The notes: generated by a model from the sequence alone, not told the origin. 64,000 nt of DNA from Sphingomonadaceae bacterium (GCA_965283845.1 CBDIQD010000014.1:13416-77415), one strand, 5' to 3'. Shown: positions 33,172 to 45,741, counted from the first letter of the stretch. Numbers and translations are program-made.

Positions 33172-34936
33172 TCAATCCGCGTTGCTGAGGCCGCCGGCGT
33201 AGGTCATCCGCGTGCGGTCCTTGCCGTCGGGGAAGCGCGGCCATTTGCCCTGCGCCAGCGCGGCGCGGCTGACCGACGGTTTGCCCTGCTGCGCTTCGTA
33301 CATCCAGTAATTGCGCAGCACGATGCCGACATAGCCGCGCGTTTCCCAATAGGGGATCGATTCCATGTAAAGCAATGGATCGCCGCCATCGCGGATTTCG
33401 GACTGCCAGCGCGCGACGGGGGCGGGGCCGGCGTTATAGGCGGCGATCACCTTGGGCAGTTGGCCGCCGGTCGAGGGATCCTTGCTGAGATATTGCAGAT
33501 AGCTTTGCCCCATATCCATGTTGACCGCGGGGATGCGCAGATCGCCGGTGCCGCTGTCGCCGCGCCAGCGCGCGACGTCGCGCGCGGTGCCGGGGCGCAC
33601 CTGCATCAAGCCAAAGGCGCCGGCTGGGCTGACGACGGCGCGCTGGAACCGCGATTCCTGAAGCGTATGGGCAAAGACCAGCGCCGGGTCGACTTTCCAC
33701 CCGCCATTGGGTTCCCACTTCGGTTGCGGATAGCGCGCCTGCGCCGAAGGCTTGCGGCCCTGTGGGGTGTTGTGCGCCAGATAGAGCTGGGTTTCGGGCA
33801 GGCTCAATAACCCGGCGATGGCGAGCAATTGTTCGTGCTGGCGGACGTCGCCGATCCGCGCCTGGTGGCGCAAAACGGTGTCGGCATAATTATCCTCGCC
33901 AATCTCGGCCAGCGCCATTGCGGTGCGGACGTTGGGCAGGTCTTCGGGCGGCGCGCCAGGCGCTGCGGTCGGCGCGGACAGTCTCGCGCTGAGCCTTTGC
34001 TTCGACGCTCAGCGCTTCGGCCGCGAGCAGGCCATAGAAGGTTTCTTCATTGGCGGCGGCGGCGCGAAGACGGGGCTGGACCGAGGCGGGTTCGCCCGCT
34101 GCGATCGCGGCGCGGGCGGCCCAATAATAAGCCGCGGCGCGCTGTTCGCTGTCGGGTGCCTCCTTCGCCACGCGGTCGAAGGCGGTCAGCGCGGTGCGAT
34201 AATCGCGGGTACGCCATGCGGCGAGCCCTCTGACCCATGCCCCCTGCGTCGACCAGGCACCTTGTTCGGCGCTGCACTCGGTGGCGACGCGGAGCGCGTT
34301 GGCATCGTCGTTTTCGATATAATAGGACCACGCCACCTTTTGCCGCCATTCGTTGCGCGCGTCGGGGGTCAACTGGTCGCCCGCGGCCCTGAGGAGCGCC
34401 TCAGCGCCGGCTGGGTCGTCGTTCTTGATCCGGTCGGGGATCGTGCGCGCGAGGCCCGCGGCGACGGGATCGCCGCTGATCGCGTCGGCGCCCAGGCGGC
34501 GCGGTGCGCTGCCGGCCCAGGTCAGACGCGCCTGATTGGGCAACGAAGGCAGATCGGTCGCGCCGCGCTTCGCCGCGAGCCGGCCAAGTTGTTCGGCCTG
34601 GGGCAGAAAGGGCGACCGCGACAGGATCGGCATGATGTCGGCGACTTCGGCGCGCGGGCTGTTCGGCGCGGTGAGCAGTTCGGCGCGCAGGAAATCGGTG
34701 AGCGGACCATTTTCGGCGCCGTCGAGCAGCCCTTTGGCGTCGGCCCAGCGCTGCCCGCGGATCGCGGTCAGCACCTGCGTGTAAAGCTGTTTCTGTTTCG
34801 ACGACAGAATATCGGGCACCGTTTGCGGTGCGGTAACGAGATCGCGGCTGCTGGCGTCAGCCGCCGAAGCCGCAGGGGCGCCGAGCGCGGCGGCCAAAAT
34901 GGCGCATGAAATAAACGTCCTGGTCATCTTGTGCAT
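33172..34936 (-). CDS. Soluble lytic transglycosylase (frameshift near 33940)
   Basis: Signal peptide, helical repeats, QESRF, GLMQV, AYNAGP, ETRGYV. Confidence 0.9.
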
Positions 34937-34939
34937 CTG

Positions 34940-35728
34940 TCAACGTCCCCGGTTGAGCAGTTTCAGGCTGTCCCAGGCCGCCGCCTTTTGCGCCGGCCGG
35001 GCCAGGAGCATCGCGGGATGCGCCACAGCCACCGCATCCACCTTTCCGCCATCTTGGTTAATATCGAGTAACTTGCCGCGCGCATCGGGCAGCGCGGTTG
35101 CGGCGGCCATGCGGACGATGTCGCCACCGATCAGCAGCAAGCGTTCCGGTTTCGCCAGCCGCAGGTGATGCCACAGCAGCCGGTCGAGTTCGGCCGCCTC
35201 GTCGCCATCGCAGCGGCCGCCGGCGGGACGGGTGACCGCCAGGCTGGCGATATAGCAGGCGCTGCGTGTCGTCCCGATGGCTTGCAGCATCGCGTCGAGC
35301 AGCGGTCCGGCGGGGCCGGCGAACAAGGTGCCGTCGCGCTGGTCGTCGATTTCGGGCCATGCGGTGAGCAGCATCAGCGGCGCGCCGGCTTGCCCGATGG
35401 GGAGAACCCGGCGGGCGTCCCACTGGCTGCCGGGCACATCGACGCCTTCGGCCAGCCAGCGCTGGAAATCGTCCCAATCGTCGGGGAAGACCGCGGGTCC
35501 CTTGGCTTCTGCGGTTTTCGGTGCCTCCGGTCGCTGCAACGCGGCGGGGAGCGGCGCTGGCCCGGCGTCGGCTGCGATCGTCGGTTTGGGTTTGGGCGCC
35601 GCAGCGTCATTCGCGGGTGGCGCGACCAGCCAGCCCGCCGGTTCCTCGCCAACGAGCGCGTCTACGCCTGCCAAGGACCACCAGTCGGTTATGCTGTTCG
35701 CCAGCAAAGCTGAATTTGTCCCACCCAT
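34940..35728 (-). CDS. Uracil-DNA glycosylase family-4-like protein, degenerate motifs
   Basis: FAGPAGPLLDAMLQAIG, HPAMLL...KAAAWDSL. Confidence 0.7.
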   Translation of the reverse strand: MGGTNSALLANSITDWWSLAGVDALVGEEPAGWLVAPPANDAAAPKPKPTIAADAGPAPLPAALQRPEAPKTAEAKGPAVFPDDWDDFQRWLAEGVDVPGSQWDARRVLPIGQAGAPLMLLTAWPEIDDQRDGTLFAGPAGPLLDAMLQAIGTTRSACYIASLAVTRPAGGRCDGDEAAELDRLLWHHLRLAKPERLLLIGGDIVRMAAATALPDARGKLLDINQDGGKVDAVAVAHPAMLLARPAQKAAAWDSLKLLNRGR

Positions 35729-35847
35729 GTGATTTGTTCAAACAGGCTGTTGACGGACACGTCAATTGGCGGGCATCGCATTTCGTGACAGAATGAGCGC
35801 CGCTTACGATGAACGATCGGCGCCGGGACGGCAGAAAGGTATTTGCG

Positions 35848-37503
35848 GTGAGCGAACGGGAATCGATGCCCTATGACGTGGTCATCGTCGGCGCAGGGCC
35901 GGCGGGGCTTTCGGCGGCGATCCGCCTCAAACAACTGGCAAATGACGCGGGCAGCGAATTGTCGGTCTGTATCCTGGAAAAGGGATCCGAGGTCGGCGCG
36001 CACATCCTGTCCGGCGCGGTGATCGATCCCAAATCGCTCGACGAACTGATCCCCGAATGGCGGGCCCAAGGTTGCCCGATGGCCGAAGTGCCGGTGACCG
36101 ACAATCAGCATTGGGTGCTGACCAAGACCAAAAAAATCGGTGTGCCGCATTTCATCACGCCGGGCTTCATGCACAACGAGGGCACCTACACCGGCAGCTT
36201 GGGCAATTTGTGCCGCTGGCTCGCCGAGCAGGCCGAAAGCCTGGGCGTCGAGATCTTCCCCGGCTTTCCTGCCGCAGAAATTCTCTACAATGACGAGGGC
36301 GCCGTTATCGGCGTCGCCACCGGCGACATGGGCGTCGCGCGCGACGGCAGCCACAAGGCCGATTATGCCCCCGGGCTCGAACTCCATGCCAAATATACCT
36401 TTTTTGGCGAAGGCGTGCGCGGGCATCTGACGAAAATGCTGAAACCGCAATTCGATCTGGAAGCCAATTGCGAGCCGCAGGTTTACGGCTTGGGCGTCAA
36501 GGAATTGTGGGACGTCACATCCGAAAACCACGCGCCGGGCCGCGTCATTCACACCCAGGGCTGGCCGCTCGACGAAAATGCCAATGGCGGCGGCTTCCTG
36601 TATCATCAGGCGAACGGACAGGTCGCGCTCGGTTTTGTAACCTGGCTCAATTACCGCAATCCGCACATCTCGCCGTTCCAGGAGATGCAGAAGTGGAAGA
36701 CGCATCCCGAGATCGCCAAGATTTTGAAGGGCGCCAAGCGCATTTCTTACGGTGCGCGGGCGATCAGCGACGGCGGCTATCAGTCGGTGCCGAAGCTGGC
36801 ATTCCCTGGCGGGGCGCTGATCGGCGACAGCGCCGGTTTCCTCAACGTCCCGCGCATCAAGGGCACCCATACCGCGATGAAGTCGGGGATGATGGCGGCG
36901 GAGGCGGCGTTCGCGGCGGTGACCGCGGGGCGCGGCAGCGACACGCTGGACGCCTATCAGGCGGCGTATGACGACAGCTGGGTCAAGAAGGAGCTGAGCG
37001 TCGTGCGCAACGTCTTGCCGCTCGTCGAAAAATGGGGCGATCTGGCCGGGACGATCCTGTCGGGAATCACGATGTGGCTGGAAACGCTGAAGATCAAAGT
37101 CCCGTTCACGATGAAGCATCATCCGGACAATGAGAGTCTGTACCGGGCGGACATGATGCCGAAGCCTGATTATCCGAAGCCCGACGGGGTGCTGACGTTC
37201 GACCGCTTGTCGTCGGTGTTCGTGTCGAACACCAACCATGAGGAAGACCAGCCAGTCCATTTGCAGCTGAAAGACCCGTCGATCCCGGTTGCTTATAACC
37301 TGCCGCTCTATGACGAACCCGCGCAGCGCTATTGCCCCGCCGGTGTTTACGAGATCGTCGGCGAGGCCGAGGGCGATCCCAAATTCGTGATCAACGCGCA
37401 GAATTGCGTCCATTGCAAGACGTGCGACATCAAGGACCCGACCCAGAATATCAACTGGGTCACCCCCGAAGGCGGCGGAGGCCCCAATTACCCGAACATG
37501 TAA
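35848..37503 (+). CDS. Electron transfer flavoprotein-ubiquinone oxidoreductase
   Basis: DVVIVGAGPAGL, HILSGA, RYCPAGVYE, NCVHCKTCDIKDP. Confidence 0.96.
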   Translation: MSERESMPYDVVIVGAGPAGLSAAIRLKQLANDAGSELSVCILEKGSEVGAHILSGAVIDPKSLDELIPEWRAQGCPMAEVPVTDNQHWVLTKTKKIGVPHFITPGFMHNEGTYTGSLGNLCRWLAEQAESLGVEIFPGFPAAEILYNDEGAVIGVATGDMGVARDGSHKADYAPGLELHAKYTFFGEGVRGHLTKMLKPQFDLEANCEPQVYGLGVKELWDVTSENHAPGRVIHTQGWPLDENANGGGFLYHQANGQVALGFVTWLNYRNPHISPFQEMQKWKTHPEIAKILKGAKRISYGARAISDGGYQSVPKLAFPGGALIGDSAGFLNVPRIKGTHTAMKSGMMAAEAAFAAVTAGRGSDTLDAYQAAYDDSWVKKELSVVRNVLPLVEKWGDLAGTILSGITMWLETLKIKVPFTMKHHPDNESLYRADMMPKPDYPKPDGVLTFDRLSSVFVSNTNHEEDQPVHLQLKDPSIPVAYNLPLYDEPAQRYCPAGVYEIVGEAEGDPKFVINAQNCVHCKTCDIKDPTQNINWVTPEGGGGPNYPNM

Positions 37504-39162
37504 GCCAGCGCGCTTCATTCTGGCCGTCGCTGCCCTGTCGGCAGCGTTGCCGGTGCAGGCCGCGGATGACGGCGGCGCGGCGCTGAACGCGCTGGTGCGG
37601 GCGCGGCTGGCGGAGGAGGGCGGCGAACCCGCCGCGGCGCTGTCGGCGCTGACGCAGGTGCAAAGCCTGGCGCCCGACCTGCCCGGGGTGCGCGGCCGGA
37701 TGCTCGAACAGGCGATTCAGGCCGGCGACTTTGCGGCCGCGCGCACGGCCGCATTGCGTTTATGGGCGGGGGGCGACCGCCGTTTCGATGCCCAGCTGGT
37801 GTTGATGGTCGATGCGATGCGGCGGTCCGACTGGAAAGCCGCGCGCGACACGATGGCGGGGCGCAACGAAAAGGCCGGCGCCGATACGATCGCCCGGCTT
37901 ATCCTGCCGACGATCAACGCGTGGATCGATGTCGGCGCGCGCGAGGCGTCGCCCGAACGGCATTTGCAGGCCGCGACCAATCGCAGCCGCCCCGAACCGG
38001 CGCTGACGTTGCAGGTCGCGCTGGTGCAACTGGCGACCAATCGCCCGGCCGAGGCGGCTGCGCTGACCGACGACATCATTCTGACCGATCGCACCAGCCA
38101 GCTTGTCGCGCTGCGGCTTGCCGCGACGCTCGATAAAGCCGGCCAGGCTGCGGTGGCCGGGCGGCTGCGCGGACGGATCGCGCTGGCTTCGGGACAGCGC
38201 GAGGATCCGATGCTGTTGTTACCCGGCCAGCCGGTATCGAGTCTGCGCGGCGGGGTGGCACAATGGCTGGGACTGCTTGCCGACGGTCTGGCACGGACGC
38301 CGGGCGGTAACGCCAAAGTGCCGCTGCTGTTCGCGCGCACCGCGTTTTGGCTGAACGATCAGGATATGGCGGTGCGTGCCGCACTGGTCGAGGCGCTCGA
38401 CAGCAATGGTCAGCGCGATGATGCGATTGCCTTGCTGACGACGGGGAGTGGCGCGTTGCCGCCGGTGCTGGCGATGCGGCGCGCCGAACTGATGGCCGAT
38501 GCGGGCGATCTGCCGGGCGCGGCGAAGCTGGCCGAGGCGGCCGCGGGAAACGAAGGTGCAGCGCGAAGCTTGCTCGTCCGCCTGGCCGACATCGCGCGGC
38601 GATCGGACGATCCGAAAGCCGCCGCGCGCGCGCATGCCCCGGCTGGAGGCGGCGCTGGGCAACGATGAGGACGACCGGGTTCTGCGCGGCACGTTGCTGA
38701 TCGCGCGCGCCGAATTGTTGCTGCGCGACGGCGCGTGGGACGCCGCCGCGCCGTTGATGGAACAGGCGGTGGCGCTGCGCCCCGACGATGCGTCGGTGCT
38801 GAATTTTGCCGGCTATTCGGCGCTTGAACGGCGCAAGGATGTCAAACAACCGCTGGCGCGGATCGAAGCAGCGTGGGCGCAGGAGCCGCAGAACGCGAGC
38901 ATCACCGACCTCGCTGGGCTGGGCCTATTTCCTAACCGGGCGGGCCGACGATGCGGTGACATTGCTCGAAAAGGCACAGCGCGGCGAGCCTGACAATGCG
39001 GTGATCGTCGAACATCTGGGCGACGCCTATTGGCAGGTCGGGCGCAAGTTCCAGGCGCGCTACACCTGGCGCGCCGCCGCGTTGCTCGCCGAGGCTGAAA
39101 TGGCGACGCGGCTGGAGGCAAAGCTGCGCGACGGGCTGACCCCCGCGACGACCGCGCCGTGA
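37487..39162 (+). CDS. Tetratricopeptide repeat protein (frameshifts near 38640 and 38910; start uncertain)
   Basis: Signal-like N-terminus; C-terminal VLNFAGY...SLGWAYF...EHLGDAYW; precedes ispE. Confidence 0.8.
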
Positions 39163-40009
39163 CCGACACGATGATCGAAACGGGGTGGGCGAAGATCAAC
39201 CTTGCGCTGCACGTCCGCGCGCGGCGCAGCGACGGCTATCACGATATCGAGACGTTGTTCGCTTTTGTCGATGGCGGCGACGGGATCGTCGCCGACGTCG
39301 CGGCGGTCGATAGCCTGATGATCGTCGGCGAGTTTGCCGAAGGGCTGAGCGCCGGCGGCGATAATCTGGTGATACAGGTGCTGACCTTGCTGCGCGCGCG
39401 TTATGGCGCCGACCGGGTGCCGCCGCTGGCGGTGACATTGACCAAGCGACTGCCTGTCGCAGCGGGGATCGGTGGCGGGTCGGCCGATGCGGCGGCGATG
39501 GCGCGGTTGGTGCGGCGGCATTTCCTGCCCGAGCTGGGCGATGACACGCTCGCGCGGATCGTCGGCCTGCTCGGCGCCGACATTGCCACGTGCGTTGCCA
39601 GCGCGACCTGTCTGGGGGTTGGCGTGGGCGAGGAGCTGAGCGTAGTGCCCGAGCTGCGGCTGGCGGGAACGCCGGTGCTGCTGGTCAATCCGCGCCAGCC
39701 GGTGGCGACCGGGCCGGTGTTCGCGGCGTGGGACGGGATCGACCGCGGCGCGCTGTTCGGTGATCCGGCAGGCCGGGCGCAGCTGTTCGCGGCGCGTAAT
39801 GATTTGCAGCGTGCGGCGATCGCGCAATGTCCGGCGATCGTCGATGTGCTGACCGAATTGGGCGCGCTGAGCCCGTGGCTTGTTCGAATGTCGGGATCGG
39901 GGGCGACGTGTTTCGCGCTGTTCGATGCGGTGACCGAGCGCGACATAGCCGCGACGACGCTCGCCCAGCGGCATCCGGACTGGTGGCAATGGCGGGCGCG
40001 CTGCGATGA
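39159..40009 (+). CDS. ispE: 4-diphosphocytidyl-2C-methyl-D-erythritol kinase (frameshift at the 3' end)
   Basis: AKINLALHV, LPVAAGIGGGSADAA, NDLQ, RMSGSGATCF. Confidence 0.93.
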
Positions 40010-40737
40010 GCGAAGCGTGGCGCCAGCTGGGAACGCCGCGCGCCGGCGGGATTTTGCTGATCGGCGATCATGCGTCGAACCTTGTCCCCGATGACATCGA
40101 CCTGGGCATCGATGCGGCGCTGCTGGGCAGCCATATCGCGATCGACATCGGGGTGGCCGAGGTGGCGGCGCTGCTGGTCGAAAGCGGCGCGGTCGATGCC
40201 GCGATTCTGGGCGGGGTATCGCGGCTGGTCGTCGACTGTAACCGCGAGGAGGACGCGCCGGGGGTGCTGCCGATCGCCAGCGACGGGCATGCAATTCCCG
40301 GCAACGCGCTGGGCGATCCCGCACGCGAGGCGCGGCTGGCGCGTTTTTTCCGGCCCTATCACGCCCATATTGCAGCGACGATCGCGGCGCAGCGACCGGC
40401 GATGATCCTGTCGCTGCACAGCTTTACGCCGTCGCTGGCGAGCCATCCCGAGCAGGCGCGACCGTGGCATGTCGGGGTACTGTATAACGAAGATGATCGA
40501 CTCGTGGTGGCGGCGATTGCCGCGCTGGAGGCGGAGCGGCTGATTGTCGGCAACCAGCAGCCCTATTCGGGCAAGTTGCTCAACGCGACGATGAATCGCC
40601 ATGCCGAAGCGAACGCGATTCCCTATGTCGGGATCGAGATGCGGCAGGATCTGGTTGGTGATGCTGCGGGACAGGCATCGTTCGCCGAAAAACTGGCGCG
40701 GATGTGCAAGAAAGTAACATTGAACATCGCGGCTTAG
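40006..40737 (+). CDS. N-formylglutamate amidohydrolase family protein
   Basis: DHASN, HIAIDIG, SRLVVDCNR, SLHSFTP, IEMRQD. Confidence 0.9.
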   Translation: MSEAWRQLGTPRAGGILLIGDHASNLVPDDIDLGIDAALLGSHIAIDIGVAEVAALLVESGAVDAAILGGVSRLVVDCNREEDAPGVLPIASDGHAIPGNALGDPAREARLARFFRPYHAHIAATIAAQRPAMILSLHSFTPSLASHPEQARPWHVGVLYNEDDRLVVAAIAALEAERLIVGNQQPYSGKLLNATMNRHAEANAIPYVGIEMRQDLVGDAAGQASFAEKLARMCKKVTLNIAA

Positions 40738-40796
40738 CCGTGTAGACGCGCATCCAGTCGCGGTTTATTGAAATAATATGTCTCGGAGCTTGTAAA

Positions 40797-42675
40797 ATGC
40801 CTTCATATCGTTCGCGTACCACCACCCACGGCCGCAATCAGGCCGGCGCGCGCGGCCTGTGGCGGGCGACGGGGATGAAGGACAGCGATTTCGGCAAGCC
40901 GATCATCGCGGTGGTCAACAGCTTTACCCAGTTCGTGCCGGGTCATGTTCACCTGAAAGACCTGGGCCAGATGGTCGCGCGCGAGATCGAGGCGGTCGGC
41001 GGGGTTGCCAAGGAATTCAACACGATCGCGGTCGATGATGGGATCGCGATGGGGCATGACGGCATGCTCTATTCGCTGCCTTCGCGCGAAATCATCGCCG
41101 ACAGCGTCGAATATATGGTCAATGCCCATTGCGCCGATGCGATGGTCTGCATCTCGAACTGCGACAAGATCACCCCGGGGATGCTGATGGCCGCCATGCG
41201 GATCAACATCCCGGTCGTCTTTGTGTCGGGCGGGCCGATGGAGGCGGGCAAGGTCGTGCTCAAGGGCAAGACCGTCGCGCTCGATTTGGTCGATGCGATG
41301 GTCGCCGCCGCCGACGAAAGCTACACCGACGAAGAAGTCACCGCGATCGAACAGGCGGCGTGTCCGACGTGCGGCAGCTGTTCGGGGATGTTCACCGCCA
41401 ATTCGATGAATTGCCTGACCGAGGCACTGGGGCTGTCGCTGCCCGGCAATGGATCGCAGCTGGCGACCCACGCCGACCGCAAGCAATTGTTTCTGCGCGC
41501 CGGGCGGATCGTCGTCGAAATGTGCAAACGCTATTATGAGCAAGACGACGACAGCGTGTTGCCGCGCAATATTGCGACGTTCGAAGCGTTTGAAAATGCC
41601 ATGAGCCTCGACATCGCGATGGGCGGATCGACCAACACCGTGCTGCACCTGCTCGCCGCAGCGTTCGAGGCCGGGGTCGATTTCACCATGACCGACATCG
41701 ACCGGCTGTCGCGGCGGGTGCCGTGCCTGTCGAAAGTCGCGCCCGCAAAGTCGGACGTCCATATGGAGGATGTCCACCGCGCCGGCGGGATCATGGCGAT
41801 CCTGGGTCAGTTGGAGCGGGCGGGCCTGCTCCACGCGCATCTGCCGACGGTGCACAGCGCGACGCTGGGCGATGCGCTGAACAAATGGGATATTTCGCGC
41901 ACCAACGATCCCGAGGTGCAGAAATTCTTCCTCGCCGCGCCGGGCGGGGTGCCGACGCAGGTCGCGTTCAGCCAGGAGCGGCGCTGGGACGAACTCGATC
42001 TGGACCGCGAGCATGGCGTCATCCGCTCGGCGAGCCATGCGTTCAGCCAGGATGGCGGGCTGGCGGTGCTGTCGGGCAATCTTGCGCTCGAAGGCTGCAT
42101 CGTGAAAACCGCGGGGGTCGATGAGGCGATCCTGAAATTTACCGGCCCCGCCAAGGTGTTCGAAAGTCAGGACGCTTCGGTCGCGGGCATCCTGACCGGT
42201 CAGGTCGTCGCGGGGGACGTTGTCGTCATCCGGTACGAGGGGCCAAAGGGTGGGCCGGGGATGCAGGAAATGCTGTATCCGACGAGCTATCTGAAGTCGA
42301 AGGGGCTGGGCGCGGCGTGCGCGCTGGTCACCGATGGGCGCTTTTCGGGCGGGACGTCGGGGCTGTCGATCGGCCATGCCTCGCCCGAGCGCCGCCGAGG
42401 GCGGCCTGATCGGACTGGTCGAAGATGGCGATTTGATCGAGATCGATATTCCGCAGCGCACGATCAACCTGGCCGTGCCCGATGCCGAAATCGCTGCCCG
42501 CCGCGCCGCGATGGAGGCCAGGGGCGATGCCGCATGGCAGCCGGCGAAACCGCGCTCGCGCAAGATTTCGGTCGCGCTTCAGGCCTATGCCGCGATGACG
42601 ACCAGCGCCGCACGCGGCGCGGTGCGCGACCTGTCGCAGCTCGCCAAACAACGCCGAGGGGGAAGCAAGCAATGA
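40797..42675 (+). CDS. ilvD: Dihydroxy-acid dehydratase (frameshift near 42380)
   Basis: [49 protein letters not shown]-terminus in ORF 42334..42675. Confidence 0.96.
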
Positions 42676-43061
42676 TGTCCAAACGCGGCGCAATCCTGTC
42701 GCTGCTGCTGCTCGCGGCCTGCAATCGTGCGCCCGACAATGGTGAACTCGCCGACGCCGAAGCCCGCGGTTCGCGCGAAGCCGCCGAGAATGGTCGCATC
42801 GAGTGTGCGCTGGAGGGCGCCAAGCTGTTCGACCGGACCTGCACCGTCCAGGAAATGAGCGGCGCCGATGGCGCCGTGCTGGTCGTCGGGCGCAGCAATG
42901 TCGGGTACCGCCGCCTGCAGATCACCACCGACGGGCGCGGGGTCGTGTCGGCCGACGGGGCCGAGCCCGCAAAGGTCAGCATCGTCGGCGACAATGTGAT
43001 CGAGGTGACGGTCGGCAATGATCGCTATCGCCTGCCCGCGAACACCGGCGGAGCGAAATAA
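42672..43061 (+). CDS. Hypothetical lipoprotein
   Basis: Lipobox LLLAAC; appears fused to ilvD in the ORF track only because of the frameshift. Confidence 0.75.
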   Translation: MMSKRGAILSLLLLAACNRAPDNGELADAEARGSREAAENGRIECALEGAKLFDRTCTVQEMSGADGAVLVVGRSNVGYRRLQITTDGRGVVSADGAEPAKVSIVGDNVIEVTVGNDRYRLPANTGGAK

Positions 43062-43066
43062 CTTTA

Positions 43067-43143
43067 CGTCATTGCGAGCGAAGCGAAGCAATCCAGAGTT
43101 GCGTACACCGCTTCTGGATTGCTTCGCTTCGCTCGCAATGACG
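43067..43143. repeat. CGTC-type REP dimer
   Basis: CGTCATTGCGAGCGAAGCGAAGCAATCCAGA...TCTGGATTGCTTCGCTTCGCTCGCAATGACG perfect inverted arms. Confidence 0.88.
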
Positions 43144-43202
43144 AGGTGGGGGTGACGGTACGCTTCCACAGCGATCTTTTCCGCGTCATGCTACCCTGGA
43201 CC

Positions 43203-44541
43203 ATGTCCGTTCCCGCCAACGCCCCCATCCTGACGACCGCCGCGATGCGCGAGGCCGAGGCGGCGTGCGCGGTGCAAGGCACGTCGCTGTCCGAACTGAT
43301 GGAATATGCCGGCGCTGCGGTTGCCGATACCGCGTGGCGAATGGCGGCGGGTGCGCTGATCCTGATCCTGGCCCGCAGCAACGGCCCGGTCGCCCTCGAG
43401 CACGCCGCGCGCCTGCTGGCGGCGCGCGGCGCGGCGGTGCGGGTGGCGGCGCTGGCGGCGGCGGCGTGCCCGAGTCGACGGCGGCGCGGACGCGCTGCGA
43501 TGCCTTTGTCGGGCTGATTGCCGACAGCGCCGTGGCGCCGCTGGTCGTCGATGCGCTGATCGGGGTCGGACATCTCGCGGCCCTTGGCGCCCGAACTGGC
43601 GGCGTTGCTTGGCCGTTTTGCGCAAGGCCGCGTTCTGGCGGTCGATGTGCCGAGCGGGGTCGATAGCGACGGCGCGGCGGATTGGGCAGCGCCGCTGACT
43701 GCCGACGTGACCGTGGCGCTCGGCGCGCTCAAGCCGGCGCATGTGCTGTTGCCGTCGGCGGCGGCGTGCGGCCGCGTCCTGCTCGCGCCGATCGGGATTG
43801 CCGCGGGCGGGGCGATGCGGACGCTCCCGATAGCGCGGACAGCGATGCCAGATGCGACAACGCATAAATATAGTCGCGGCATGGTGCTGGTCTTTGCCGG
43901 GCCGATGCCGGGTGCGGCGCGACTGGCGGCGGCGGCGGCGCTGCGCGCGGGGGCGGGCTATGTCGTGCTGGAAGGCGGCGGCGGCGCGCCCCTATCGGCG
44001 ATCATCACCGAAAGTGACGCGCGGTTTGGCGAGCGGCTGAACGACCCGCGCGTCGGTGCGGTGGTGATCGGTCCGCCCAATAACTGCGACGAGCTGTTGT
44101 TCGATGACGTGCTCTGGGTTGCCGCATGGCGGCGAGGCCTTTGCCGCAGCGATCGCGGCGGCCTTGCCGCGGCTTGCCGAAACGCCAGGCAATGCGATCC
44201 TGACCCCGCACGAAGGCGAATTCGCGCGCGCCTTTCCAGAATTATATGGCAGCAAGATCGATCGGACGCGGGCCGCGGCGGCGCGAACCGGGGCGGTGGT
44301 GATCTACAAGGGTGCCGATACCGTGATCGCGGCGCCCGATGGCCGGGTCGTGGCGGCGTGGCCGGGCAGTCCGTGGCTGGCGACGGCCGGCACCGGCGAC
44401 GTGCTGGCCGGAGCATGCGGCGCGATGCTGGCGCGCGGTGGCGATCCTTTCGAGGCAGCGGTGGCGGCGGTGGGGTGGCATATCGCCCGGGCCGCGCGTA
44501 TAGGCCCCGGCCTTGTCGCCGACGATCTGGTAAGGGAATAG
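43203..44541 (+). CDS. nnr: NAD(P)H-hydrate epimerase/dehydratase (YjeF); frameshifted and garbled
   Basis: LMEYAG, AVDVPSG, HKYSRG, ILTPHEGEF, LATAGTGDVLAG. Confidence 0.85.
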
Positions 44542-44542
44542 C

Positions 44543-45740
44543 ATGACCGATAACGCGCTGATCGAGCGCATTGCCGCGCGCGGTGATGGGGTGACCGGCG
44601 ACGGCCGCCACGTTGCGGGCGGCGTGCCGGGAGACCGGGTGCGCGAAGATGGCGTCATCATTCCCGGCCCGAACCGCGCCGAACCACCATGCCGTCATTT
44701 CGGCAAATGCGGCGGCTGCGAATTGCAGCATGTCGCTGAACCGGCGCTGGCCGATTTCGTGCGCGACCGTGTCGTCGGTGCGCTGGCGGGGCAGGAGGTT
44801 CCGGTCGGCGATGTATTGCCCGCGCATCTGTCGCCGCCGCAAAGCCGCCGCCGGGCGGCGCTGACCGCGCTGCGCACCGGCAAGCAGGTCGTGATCGGGT
44901 TCAACGCAGGCCAGAGCAACCAGATCGTCGATATGCGGCAATGCCCGCTGCTGATGCCCGAATTGTTCGCGCTGATCGCGCCGCTGCGCGATCTGCTCGG
45001 TATGATCGGTCAGCAAAAGCGGCCGGTGAAGGTCAAGCTGCAGATGCTCGACCAAGGCGTCGAGGTCATCCTGGAGGGCGTCAAGGCCGAGGGGCTGGAT
45101 GCCGCGATGGCGCTGCAGGATTTTGCCGGCGCGCATGCGCTGGCGCGTTTCGTGATTGACCAGGGGTATGGGCTTGAAACGCTGTGGCAGCCCGAACCGC
45201 CGACCGTGTGCTTTGGAGATGTGACGGTCGAGGTGCCGGCGTTCTCGTTTCTGCAGGCGACGACCGAGGGGCAGGCCGCGCTGGTCGATGCGGTGACCCG
45301 CGCGATCGGGGATGCCGGGGCGGTTGCCGACCTGTTCGCCGGGGTGGGGACGTTCGCGCTATCGATCCAGAAGGGGCGAAAAGTCTACGCCGCCGAGGGC
45401 GCGCGCGATGCGATCGCGGCGTTGGAATCCGCCGCCAATCGCGCCCGCGCGCTGGTCGCGACCGAGCATCGCGACCTGTTTCGCCGCCCGCTGATCCCGG
45501 CCGAGCTGAATCGGTTCGGCGCGGTGATCCTCGATCCGCCGCGCGCCGGCGCCGAGGATCAGGTGGCGCAGCTGGCGGCATCGGACACGCCGGTGATCGC
45601 TTATGTCAGCTGCAACCCTGCAAGTTTTGCGCGCGATGCGAAGCTGCTGGTCGATGGCGGTGTTCATGACTGGGTGCAGCCGGTGGGGCAGTTTCGCTGG
45701 TCGACGCATGTCGAGCTGGCGAGCTTGTTTGTGCGAATAA
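44543..45740 (+). CDS. 23S rRNA m5U methyltransferase, RlmD/TrmA family
   Basis: CRHFGKCGGCELQH, SFLQA, DLFAGVGTF, LDPPRAG, YVSCNP, HVE; true stop probably TAA 45738-45740 (ORF track runs to 45826). Confidence 0.88.
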
Positions 45741-45741
45741 C

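Noticed and set aside
40797..43061. 754-aa IlvD-lipoprotein fusion
   Set aside because: The IlvD C-terminus is in another frame and the lipoprotein has its own start and lipobox
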